From Saprolegnia diclina VS20 (taxonomy: Eukaryota), in contig NW_008246115.1 in NCBI RefSeq assembly GCF_000281045.1, positions 134,275-198,206 on the forward strand: a stretch of 63,932 nt of DNA. The letters are read 5' to 3'. The notes beneath the pieces are model-generated. The model made no database searches. It had not been told where the DNA came from and saw only the letters and a list, made by a program, of their open reading frames with translations. How positions within the stretch are numbered: the first letter of the stretch is position 1; each line of letters opens with the position of its first letter. Position numbers and translations under genes: made by a program. This document shows positions 9,956-20,939 of this stretch, in pieces.

Positions 9956-12076
9956 CTACACGATCCTGTCGAGAACGCTATGGTGCAACTGCGGCCGCAC
10001 ACGCATATACAAAAGCACGATCAGCGCGGCCGCGCCCCAGTATATGGCAGCGAGCGCGAGTCGAACATGACCCGCCCACAAGTGCTGCAACAGCGCCACT
10101 AGAATCGGCGGCACGAGGTTGCCGCAGGCGTTGGCGAGGAGCCAGAGCCATACGAGCGTGCGCTCGAGGACCTTGTGGATGTTGTCTTCATTGCTCTCAG
10201 CGTTGTGGTCGGGACACGCCGCTTGGCACACGCGACGCCAGAGATACCGCGTCGTAGCGTCCTGGACGACCGCCTTGGCCAAAAGCAAGCCGACGACGAT
10301 GGGCCATGAGAGGACGTTCGAGTCGAGCACCAGCAGCAGCGGGAAGATCGCAAACACCGCCACTTGGAGAGCAAAGAGTCGATCGATCGGCGGAAGCGGC
10401 ACATGCCGCAAAACAAGGTGCACGCCCGAGGCAACGCCCGTGGCAAGTGCCGCGAGACCGAGACGTGTCAAGGGTGCTGAATCCGACGCGTGCTGCAGCA
10501 CCCACATCGGGTACAGCGCATCAAACGCCACGTGGAGCGTCACGTGCATTGTGTAGGCGCGCAGCATCGCAAGCAGCTGCCGGTTCGTGCTTTGCAGGAG
10601 CGGCACAAAGATGCGGGCGGGCGGCGGCGCGACAAAGACGCGGAGGACCGGTGACTCGTCGTCGCTGCTCATCGTCGTTGCCGTTGGTGTCTCGTCGACG
10701 ACCGGCGTGCAGTCAAAGAAGGCGTCTTCGTCGTCGCTGCCATCGCTGTAGATGAGCTCGCGCGACTTTTCTAATGTCGCGTTGAGCGACGTAATGTGGG
10801 CGTCGAGTGCAAGCTCTTGGTCCGTCTCGCTGAGCGCAATCGGGTTCTCGCCGCCGTACATGGTCGGGAGCAGCGCGAGGCGGCCGACAACGTGGTGCAG
10901 CGGCTCGAGCGTCGCTTTGCGGAAGCCGGGCTTGGCTTTCAAAAACGTAATTTTCGACAATGTCGCATCGGCAATGTGCGACCGGATCGTCTTCCAGACC
11001 CACGAAAACCAAAATGGAACGTTCACGACGTAGAGCTGGCACAGCGTGTCGTCCTTGGCGCAGCGCTGCAGGTGCGCCACGATCGTGCAGACCCAGTCGA
11101 TGGTCCAGCCTTGCGTCTCGATGAGCTTGAGGCCGTCGAGGTCCAGCACAACGACGAGCGTCGATGGGTTTGTGCTGCGGAGGTACGAGAGCATGTACGC
11201 AAAGTGGTCCTTGAGGCAGTACGAGGTAAAGCCCGCTTGCTGCAGCGCGTGGACGTCGAGGAGCCCCGCTTGAATGATCCAGATCGGGTGCCCCGCGGTC
11301 GTCGCGCCGTAGAGATAATGCGGACAGAGCCGGCGGATGTCGTTAAAGTGCGGGCGCGGCGCCCCGAGCACTGCCGGAGGCGGCGTCGCGGGCATCTCGA
11401 TGTCGTCGATGAGGAGGTTGTTCTTCTCTTCGTCCTTGAGCGCCTTGCGCTGGGCGCGAACGAAGAAGCGGAGGAGGAAGACGCAGAGGACGCAGAAGAG
11501 CGCCATGAGCGACATGAACGATATGTGGATCGTCGCGTGGTCCTGGGCCACGTCGACGACGGCGCAAAGTCCGATGAAGAGCGCGCTCATGACGCGACCA
11601 AAATGCGGACGGAGAAGCGACTGCACGTCGACGCTACCGTGGTACTCTTGCGCGGCCGATACGCTCGAGACGAGGACGCCGCTGACGCCGGCGCCGAGCG
11701 CGCGGAGGACAAACATGATGGAGAGCACGTTGGTGATGCTCATGAGCATCCATGCGAGCGCGAGGGCCGTGAGCCCGACGCTGAGTCCAATGTACGTCAT
11801 CGTCTGCCACTTGAACGACCGATAGAGCGCGATGAACGCCGGCATCGAGGCGAACGCAGCGACGTGGCCGATGCAGGCCAAGAGCGCGCCCTTGCCGACG
11901 ACGGGCAGCGCTGCAAAGCTCGCGGGGTCGTCGCGGTCGTCGGCGGCAAGCCACGTGTAGACTACGTATGCGCTCATCATCTGGAGGATGCTAGCACCGG
12001 CGTGCTCGACGGAGGCGCAGAGATGGAGCGCGACCAGCGGCGAGGCCAGCCAGCGGCGCGCGTCGTCTTGCAGCAT
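9956..12076 (-). CDS. MFS-like multi-pass membrane protein with an inserted CRAL-TRIO (Sec14) domain and FFAT-like motif
   Basis: Single exon, likely ATG 12076 (MLQDD). Hydrophobic helices in both halves; the central region PHYLYG...GHPIWIIQAG...VVVLDLDGL...LYVVNVPFWFSWVWKTI...LLPTMYGG is typical CRAL-TRIO; then SDGSDDEDAFFDCTP. Confidence 0.8.
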   Translation of the reverse strand: MLQDDARRWLASPLVALHLCASVEHAGASILQMMSAYVVYTWLAADDRDDPASFAALPVVGKGALLACIGHVAAFASMPAFIALYRSFKWQTMTYIGLSVGLTALALAWMLMSITNVLSIMFVLRALGAGVSGVLVSSVSAAQEYHGSVDVQSLLRPHFGRVMSALFIGLCAVVDVAQDHATIHISFMSLMALFCVLCVFLLRFFVRAQRKALKDEEKNNLLIDDIEMPATPPPAVLGAPRPHFNDIRRLCPHYLYGATTAGHPIWIIQAGLLDVHALQQAGFTSYCLKDHFAYMLSYLRSTNPSTLVVVLDLDGLKLIETQGWTIDWVCTIVAHLQRCAKDDTLCQLYVVNVPFWFSWVWKTIRSHIADATLSKITFLKAKPGFRKATLEPLHHVVGRLALLPTMYGGENPIALSETDQELALDAHITSLNATLEKSRELIYSDGSDDEDAFFDCTPVVDETPTATTMSSDDESPVLRVFVAPPPARIFVPLLQSTNRQLLAMLRAYTMHVTLHVAFDALYPMWVLQHASDSAPLTRLGLAALATGVASGVHLVLRHVPLPPIDRLFALQVAVFAIFPLLLVLDSNVLSWPIVVGLLLAKAVVQDATTRYLWRRVCQAACPDHNAESNEDNIHKVLERTLVWLWLLANACGNLVPPILVALLQHLWAGHVRLALAAIYWGAAALIVLLYMRVRPQLHHSVLDRIV

Positions 12077-12220
12077 TCTCGACGGGTTGCGAAATGCACC
12101 TCTGCCTCGCCCTAACTTTTTCGACCCCGTTTTATTTTCGACATTTTCCATACAATTTGCAACACAAATATATTCGCACATTCCAAATGGACGTAGGGGG
12201 CCCTACGCATATGGCGTATC

Positions 12221-12866
12221 CTACTGCGGCTGCGTCGTGCTGAAGATGGCAAAGTGGAGCCCGGCGGCAATCGCCTCGAGGACCGAGATCCATGTCGGGA
12301 GCTGGAAGAACTGAAAATCCTGCGCGTTGAGCGCGTAGAGGAAGAGGAGCACAAAGCCGCGCCCGAGGTAGTTGCCTAGGAACGGGAACCAAAGCTCGAG
12401 GCTCACGCCGTATACGACGCTCTTGAGGTCGTACAAGATGAGGCCCATCCCAAAGGCCATGAGGTACGCCCCGAGAAGCACTAGACAAGATGTGAGCTCA
12501 AGGACGAAGCGAAAAGGACCAACTCGCCGAAATGCTGAAGTGCAGCATGATGCCAAAGCCTTGCATGATCGTGAGCGCGGCCACGACAGTGTAGATCCCG
12601 CTGACCCACACATCGAGGCGTGCGCCAAGCGCCGAGCGATCCGAGGTTGTCTTGCCGCGCGGCCAGCTGCTACCGCCATGCTCCATGCCTGCGTACGCGT
12701 CCGATGGGTCGTATTGCGGCACCGTGTACGCCGTGGACGGGCCGTACGGCACGTTGACCTGCTTGGGCGCGTTGGCGTAACCAGCGGTCGTCGGTGCGCT
12801 GGCGGGCGACACGCGGGGCGGCGCGTCCACCAAGGGCTCGTGGAACTCGTCGTCGAGGCCTTGCAT
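12221..12866 (-). CDS. COPI-associated / TVP15-like Golgi membrane protein
   Basis: Two exons (43-nt intron near 12481-12523); WFPFLGNYLGRGFVLLFL resembles the COPI_assoc family motif; 3-4 TM helices. Confidence 0.65.
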
Positions 12867-14431
12867 CTTGACGGCCGGTCGGGCTTTTTTCGTTATTCCG
12901 AGAATCTTGGTCGTTATCCGGATAAGTAGGCTGTCAATATCCGGTGGGGCCGCGCAAAGATCGCGTGTCCACGTCCTCGCGGGAAGATCGCTATAAGCTA
13001 TAAGATCTGCTCGACAATATGCGAGAGGGTCACACTAGTATTGACTTCGTACCGAGCATCGGACCTGATGGCAACGTTCTTTGTTTGGCGCCTCGGTAAC
13101 GCTGGTGAATACTGTAGCTGGCGTCAAGGGCCACGAGGCGAGGAGGCACAACCTCGGACATGAAGCAGGGTGCTACGAGCTTGTGGGCGATCGTGTGCAC
13201 TTGGAATGACGGTGATCCTTCTCATTGCCAATTCATCCGCTGGCTAATCCAGCTCTGAAAGCTCTGAAAGGGACAGTTGCGCACGAACCACTTGGTTTCC
13301 GTTGACTCGTTTAACGCGTTTAACGTGTATGTGTCAACCCTCAACAGTACACGAGAGACGTAGCGGTGGTTCCTACTCGTGTATCTTCGTCGACTAATGA
13401 GCCATCAAGCACACGCTTGTGTGCTAATGGTTTGTCTTAGCCATCCGCGACACGAGGCAGGGCGTAACAGCGCGTTGCAGGCATCTTTTTACTGCCCCCA
13501 AGGCACTCACGCCGCCGAAAGGACGTCCTCGGAGGACGCTCCTTGGTGCGCTCGGTTGCACAATCAATGCTCCGTCGAGCTAGACTGTCTGCGACCAAGC
13601 GCCAAATGCAGACTCGACAACATGCAGCGTCCGCCCAGCTCGTCCGCCCCATGGCGTCGTCGAGCTTCAACAATGGCGCCCTTCGCAAGTGATCGACTGG
13701 ATGCATCGTCAATCAAATATGGCGACAGCAGTTGCACTGGGCGCCAACCACGGCTGCCATCACGACTCCGTTCCGCAGCCGCGAGTCGCTTACCGGTACA
13801 AGCCTTTGGCAGCTCCAACCCCTGTAGCCTCTGTAGCCGCTCAACAAAGGCGCCGACGGACGTGTCTCGTTGGCGTGCGTGCGCTTTGACTGCCTTCAAC
13901 GCCGGGTTAATCGTTTTTCCCAGCAGCCGCGTGGGTTCAACTTGCACACGACAGTGTTTGTGCATCCACCGCACGGCCATCAATGGGTGCTTTCCCGCTC
14001 GTGTCGCGTAGCCAAGCGCAAGCAGCGCAGGCACCGACTGCTCCAGAGAACGCAGCAAGTCGCTTGCCTTTCGAACGACCACACGCGCTTCTGGCAAACC
14101 ACGCCTGGTTCGATCCGCGCTGGATCGGAAGCGCGTACGGTACGCTGGCCATCGCACCTGCGCGTCTGATTTGAGGGAAATTTGGGCCATCGAATCTGGC
14201 CGCCGCGCTGGCCCGAGAGTGCGTTAAACGTCGCGTTCTATCGCCGCATGCCGCCACGTGGCATGAAAAACGCGCCAAATGTTGTGGACCATCACCGGGA
14301 TGGGCAATTGGTGGGGGTGCATACCACACCGCAGAAGCAGCGCCGCACGCGTAACGACCACTGTCTCAGCGCTCTATCCGAACCCTTCCGGCACCAACAG
14401 CGTGACGTGCCAAACGCGTTCTTCCCACAGC

Positions 14432-15629
14432 ATGGGCGCCGGACCGTCTTCGGACGCCGCGCAGCCGCCCCCCGACCGCATTCGCCGCGGCGTCTCAGGT
14501 TGTCTTCGCCGCACGTTCAAGCGCCCGAAGCTCAAGCTCACGAGCCTCGACCCGACACTGCCCAGCGATACTATGTATGCGTGCAGCCCACGGAGCATCC
14601 TCGTCTCGGTTCTCACAAGCGACAAATACGACGCGCTTGTCGCGATCCCGTTCGAGAGCTTGGAGCTCGCCGCCGTGATTGGCAAGACCAAGTATGGCGA
14701 CGTGCAGCACGCCTCGTACCACGGCACGCCGGTGCTCGTCAAGTACATGCCGCCCATGATCGACCGCGCGACACGCCGCCTCTTCGCCGACGACCTGCAC
14801 TTGCTCGTGAGTCTTCGCCATCCCAACATCGTCCAGGTACGCTTCGTCATCTCGCCATGTCCTGCTGACGTGCGACTAGTGCATTGGCGCAAGCTGGTCC
14901 TCGCCGCTCAAAGCGTACGCGCCTCCACCGTTCGACACACGACTCATTCTGTGTAGCTGCTTTGTCATGGAGTACTTGGATCGTGGCGACCTCTCCAGCT
15001 TGCTACGTAACTCGCGCATCGAGCTCTCGTGGCACACACACTTGCTATCGATCGCGATCGGCACCGCCCGCGGGCTTGCCTACATGCACGGCCACTCCCC
15101 GCCGCTGTTGCATCGCAACCTCAAGAGCACCAACATTCGCATCGGGTCGCCATTCCATTTGCCAGTGTAGTCGATGGCACACTCATTGCTCTTGTCTAGT
15201 GGGGACTATAGCGCCAAGATTTCGGGCTTCGCACTGCGGCGTGACCGTGACGTAGGCGTCCTTCGGCCGCGCGACACCTCGTACTACTGGATGAGCCCCG
15301 AGATGCTCCGCGGCGACCGCTGCACACACAAGACGGACGTCTACAGCTTTGGGATTGTGCTTTCCGAGCTCGACACGCGGGCGACGCCGTACCTTGACGC
15401 CCTGCCGGTCGACGAGACAGACACGTCGCTCGTGCATCAGATTTTATTCGACGAACGGCGCCCGACGCTGTCGTCGACACCAATGGAGAGCTTGCAGCGT
15501 CTCTACAGGCGCTGCGTGGCGTCCGACCCGCGCCATCGGCCGCGCTTTGAAGAGATTCTCGACATCCTCGAGACGGACGTGTACAACGACGCACTCGACC
15601 TTGCGTCGCCGTCCGCACTCGGCGGCTGA
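14432..15629 (+). CDS. TKL-family pseudokinase with N-myristoylation motif
   Basis: MGAGPS start; intact frame over 3 introns; kinase fold present but HRN replaces HRD (15111-15119), GFA replaces DFG (15225-15233) and the G-loop reads GKTKYG. Confidence 0.85.
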
Positions 15630-15668
15630 GGCCGTGCCGATTTATTAGATTATTATGAATAAGTGTAT

Positions 15669-16016
15669 TTAATGGGAGCCACAAGCAAGTGGACAACTGA
15701 ATGAATAATGACGCTCGTCTGGCACCGCTTTTATCTCTGACATTGGGCACTGGTCCAAAGAAAGCGTTTGGAGAGTGCTTACCATAGCAAGGTATCGAAG
15801 AGTAGCGATCCATTGACAAGATATGGCCAAGACTCTGTTTCGTGAAGTCGCCAGCAGTAGCCAAAGCCGATCCTGCAGAAGTTCGAGTGATCCGAGTTGA
15901 GGCGCTGTCGCCAGTACCATGACTCGAAGCAGCGTACGCTTTGGACTGGGACTCGCAGCACCGCTAAACGAAGCAAGCCAGCTGCGACGGATGGTGAGCG
16001 TCTCGAGAGCCCACAA
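15669..16016 (-). pseudogene. Relic fragment of the RNI-like LRR family
   Basis: ALETLTIRRSWL and LQTLSLDQCPM resemble ALETLTVSFGRF / ALEELTIQRWCL of the LRR genes at 41.5-47.2 kb; no complete gene structure. Confidence 0.4.
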
Positions 16017-16460
16017 CGAGAATGAAGCCAGCGGAGCTGGAGCTGGCGCTTCGAATTTGAGTTATTGGTCGGCGCCAAAAATCCAAATTTTGAGACTGCG
16101 AAGATCGTGTCCAGCGTTGTTTGGCGCAGCTGCGTCCTTCGACGGGCCCGACCAGACGTGCTTGATTGTGCATCGGGTGTCGTGGCAGCGCGCTGCTGCT
16201 GGCCCATGTAAAACGCGTTTAAACACAGTCCAAGCGTTCTGCCGCGTTGCTCACTGCGAAACTGGATCTCGCATTACGTGCGCCACGTATAACCTGTTGC
16301 TTTTTATACCTACGGAGTATTTTAATATGCATGCATATTGAATTCATTGTATTGGAATTGATTTTACCTATATTATATCGATGTCGGCACTTTGACCATC
16401 TGGGTATTGATTTTAAGAGGTTTCGGTCCGCAGCAATCGGTCGCCGCAAGCAAGAATAAG

Positions 16461-17954
16461 ATGGGCGCGTGCCACAGCACCGAAGAGGCCGTGACCTTGA
16501 CGACGACGTCGGCCCGCCATGGTCCGCCGCCGGCGCGCGTCGAGCTCTCGCAGCGCGGACCGTCGAATCCGCAGGACGACGCGGTCGTGGCGCCCGTCAG
16601 CACGGGTCCGAAGCGGCAAGACCTTCCACTGCCCAAGCCGACGACGCCGGCCACGGCGCAGAACGTTCCGTTCAGCGACTTTAAGGAAGGCGAGCGCGAC
16701 GTCGTCGAGTCGATTCTCGAATCCAAGATCCATCTGCGCATGGCGGCCATCAACTTCAAGGAGCTCAAGCTACAGAAGGTGATTGGGAAGGGCGCATTTG
16801 GCGAAGTCATCAAGGGCACGTACCATGGCACGCCCGTCGTCGTCAAGCGCATGGTGCGCCAAAACATCGACCCGGAAAACGTGCGCATGTTCGCCGAGGA
16901 GATCCAGCTCATGATGAACCTCCGCCATCCAAACATTGTCCAGGTACGTCGTTCAACATGATTGCCTCCACGAAATGCTCGGACTTGCTAGTTTATCGGC
17001 GCCAGCTGGAACTCGTACTCCAACATGTACGTCCTTTGATTTGATGGCGACTGAGGCTCTGACGATGTCGTAGTTGCTTTGTCACCGAGTTTCTCGACCG
17101 CGGCGATCTCTACTCGGTGCTCAAGAACCCGCGCATCCAGCTCTCGTGGCACCACCCGCTGTGGGGCATGACGATCGACATCTCGCGCGGCATGGCGTAC
17201 CTCCACAGCATGGACCCGCCGATCATTCACCGGGACCTCAAGAGCATGAACATCCTCGTGAGGTATTCCTACCATTTACTACGTCAAACGCTCACGTTAA
17301 CACCTGCTAGCTCGTCGTTTGGCGCCAAGATCTCGGACTTTGGGTTGAGCCGCGAAAAGGCCATGGATGACACGATGAGCGTCACGGGCACGCCGTTGTG
17401 GCTGCCGCCCGAGATGATTCGCGCCGAGCGCTACTCGGAAAAGGCGGACGTCTACAGCTTTGGCATTGGTACGACATATCGACGTATATGGACTCACCGT
17501 TGCGGCTAGTCTTGTCGGAGCTCGACACGCGGAGGATCCCGTACCATGACGTCAAGTCGGGCACGAAGAAGCGGGTACATTCTTATTGCGTGTTTGTTTT
17601 CTGTATCTCAACCCATGGGCTAGATGCCGGGCAGCGCGCTCTTGCACAAGGTGGCGTACGAGCATTTGCGTCCGAGCTTGAGCCCGCACTGCTTGGACAG
17701 CGTCCGGGACCTCTTTGTGCGCTGCACGGCCGACAACCCGAAGGACCGGCCGACCTTTGAGGCGATTGTAGCCGAATTGGAGACCTCGGTCCAGCGCGAA
17801 ATTTTGCAGCGCCACGTACGACTTGTCGTCTTGCGGCGTCGTCTCATGTTTGTGTCGGTAGAACGACAGTCTGATCGAAGCCGACGAGAACGATGCGCGG
17901 ATCGCACGCGACCTCGGCGTCAAGCACGTCACCAACTACGTCGACGACGCATAA
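16461..17954 (+). CDS. TKL-family protein kinase (catalytically intact) with myristoylation/palmitoylation N-terminus
   Basis: MGACHS start; IGKGAFGEV, VVVK, HRDLKSMN, DFG, GTPLWLPPE and DVYSFG motifs; about 6 short introns; stop 17952-17954. Confidence 0.92.
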
Positions 17955-18137
17955 GGAGATGGCGAGTGACGAGCAATGCAAATTCATTATGTGTTTTCGA
18001 ACCACCTGTGCGTTGTGTGTGGCAACTCGGAGGTTTATAGTTTCTGTGTTATCTTTCAAGTACTGAGGTAGTACTGGGACGACGACGCATGACGAGTGCA
18101 AGCTCATGGAGTCGACGCTTCAGCTTTCTGCAGCGGG

Positions 18138-18199
18138 ATGTTTGGCATCTATGCTGCGGTGCCATGGAATGTTGGGCATCTATGCTGTGGTGTCATGAC
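18138..18199. repeat. Imperfect 31-bp tandem duplication
   Basis: ATGTTTGGCATCTATGCTGCGGTGCCATGGA followed directly by ATGTTGGGCATCTATGCTGTGGTGTCATGAC. Confidence 0.75.
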
Positions 18200-18400
18200 G
18201 TCATGGTCACGTTGTGGACGGCGACCCGCGGCGTGGTCAAGCACGTTACGTGGTAGAGAGCGATGTGAACGAGGCAGTGCTAGGATCGGCGGTGGCGGCG
18301 ATTTCAAACTTTAAAAATCAAATGCCATTGGCTGATTTTCAGCCAATGGCATCGATGCGTGGGGCTGGTCATACCACACCTGCATTTTTGGCCCTCGCCG

Positions 18401-20418
18401 ATGGACGAGTACGACCGCGAGAAGCCGCTCTTTGACGGCAAGGTCCGCGTTCTTGTCCAGACGCCGGACCGTGACGAGCGCGTCGCACTCCTGACGATCC
18501 GCCTCCTCGCCGGCCAGCGCGTACGCAGTGGCTGTCTACTCTTGTGTCGCTGACCATTGGCGTAGACACTCAATAGCAACCAGAAGGAGCGCGTCCTTCG
18601 CATCGAGATTACTGACGACGAGGAGCTCGAGTCGTTCTTCCTCTACGTCTGGAGCGTCTCGGAGGAAGAGTTCCATGACCTCAAGCACCAGCAACGCCTT
18701 CTCGTGGATTTTCCCAAGTTTGCGACCAATTTTATGGACCTCCTCACCTGCTGCTTGGACGAGAAGAAGCTCGATGGCACACGGCCCGAAGGCCAAGCGC
18801 CGCTTAGCTATCTCGCGGTGCTCAACACGCAAGACGAAGCGAAGAAGGGCATCTTTAGCATCGTCGAGACCAACCCGTTCAAGCACCTCACGCATCTCTC
18901 GCTGGCCTTCAAGCCTGGCGACGACGCCGAGATCAAGCTGTACCTTGCCGCGCGCCTCCGTCAGACCACGGTACGCTCCTCACGTATGGACGTCCCGACG
19001 ATCTAGACATGTGTAGAACGAGAAGCGGCAGTTCCAGCGCGACTTGGCGGCGACGACCTCGACGCTCGACATGACAGCCGCGTCCGAGGCGGCGCTGCGA
19101 AAGAAAGCCGACCACGCTTCGCAGCTGCACGCCGAGCAAATGGGACTGGCGAAAATGCGGTTTTCCGAAGAGATGACGGCGCAGAAGGAAGCAGCGATGA
19201 AGACGCTGCAGGACACGGAGCGCCTGTACACGTCCAAGATGGAGGCAATCCAAGCGGCTGCCACAGACAATGTTCGTCGTCCTTGCACATGCTATCGGTC
19301 TTGCGTCGTCTGACACGCTCATGCTGTATCTATAGCTTGAGAAGCTCAATGCCAAGGTTGCGGAGCAAGACGCCGCGCTCCAAGCACTTCAAAAAACAAA
19401 GTACCAGTACGAACTCAAGATCGAGCAGCTCGAAGCGCACGTGGCCGAGCTCACCAAGTCGAAAGAGGTCTCGACCACCGACGTCTCGGCGCTTCAGCAA
19501 CAGAACAAAGCACTGGACCAAGACGTCTTCAAGAAGGTCGACTCGTCCGTTGTGAATGCAGTATACGCATCGTGACGTTAGGACAAGCTGATTGCGCAGT
19601 ACGAACTGCAGATCGCTGCGTTCCAGCAGCAAGTTGTCGACAAGGAGCACGTACTGAGCAAGACGACCGACCTCTTGACGGCGGCCACCACACACAAGGT
19701 ACATCATGTGTTGATGGACAGCATGGACATGACATGCTTCATGGGCTAGCACGAGATTGAAGAGACGCTCAAGATGTACAAGGCCAACCACGCGAGCATG
19801 CAGCAAAAGCTGGAGCTCAGCATCTCGGAGATCAACAAGGTAGACACCGCCTTCTCGACATGTCTCACATCGAGGGTAGGGCAACCAAATCATCGAGCAA
19901 ATTCAAAATGAGAACCGCGCGTACAAGGCCAAGCTTCGCATGAAGTCCAAAATCCTCAAGCAGCAGGAGACGGTACACGCTGCTCGTGAATAAGCTTCCA
20001 GCGTGCTCATGAGTGTGCGCTAGCTCGTCGAAGAGAAGCAGCTCCAGCGGGACGAGCACCAGCATCTGGTCAAGGCGCTGCAGAAGGACCTCCACCTCAA
20101 GGACGACGAGGTCGCTCTGCTTCAGCAAAAGAACGACGAGCTCGCCCGAAAACTCGAAGAGAGCACACAGCTCCTAGCGTCCAACCAGCAAGGTTGGCGA
20201 GGCGATGACTTGGCGTTGGCTCACCCGCGCTGCGAGTAGTGATTACGTGGCTCAACAAGGAGATCAACGAAGCCCAAGTCTCGCAGCACAAGCGCACGGC
20301 GTACTCGTCCGCGTTCACGTTCCAGCCGCCACTGGTGCCCACAGCAAATCGACACGCCGATGTCGAACCGTCGCAGTCGGCGTCGGCGTATACGCGCCGG
20401 TTTGGTGCAGCGTCCTAA
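18401..20418 (+). CDS. SAS6: Centriolar cartwheel protein SAS-6, multi-exon
   Basis: N-terminal domain LRIEITDD..FFLY..VSEEEFHDLKHQQRLLVDFPKF...FSIVETNPFKHLTHLSLAF..GDDAEIKLYLA (PISA motif), then a long coiled coil ending VITWLNKEINE. Confidence 0.93.
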
Positions 20419-20939
20419 TATGCGAGTGCCACTACTATCCATTGATGCTGTGTTAAATGGATATGCGTGCAGGATAATATACAAGTATTCAATGCAACTA
20501 TCCAACGCCAGAAGGAACGATCCAAAGCCCGCATCGGCTCTTAAACGCCGGAAAATAGATGACGCAGCACCAGGAAATGGACGTATCTGAACGTGGCAGG
20601 AAGAGAGGCGGCCAAGTCGTCGGCGGTGACGCGCTGGACGAGCATGTGCAACAACGAACGAACGTCAGACGTCTGGTGCAACATGTGGCACGTGGACGGC
20701 GTGACCAGGGTTGGCGTCCGTCCGGCGACGCCCGTCAGCGTTCCTACCTTTCGCCCCATCGAGCGTCGAGCCTCGTGTTAGCTGCTGGCTTGTCTAGCTG
20801 GCGCGGCGATGGCCATGACGGTGGCAGCTCGAGCTCGAGCGCGCTGAAAGGATAGCCCAGCGCCAAATTTCAGCCAATGGCATCGCAGCGATACAATAAA
20901 TTAATTGACCGCCGACGTTTTTGTATTATTGCCTTTGCG

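Noticed and set aside
10796..12115. 439-aa + strand ORF, and similar long ORFs at 22751-24151 and 33961-34947
   Set aside because: Antisense shadows of GC-rich real genes; Arg/Val/Ala-rich translations with no recognisable motifs.
13564..14190. 208-aa minus-strand ORF in the 13-14.4 kb intergenic region
   Set aside because: No recognisable motif or convincing codon bias; could be a decayed gene but I cannot support a call.
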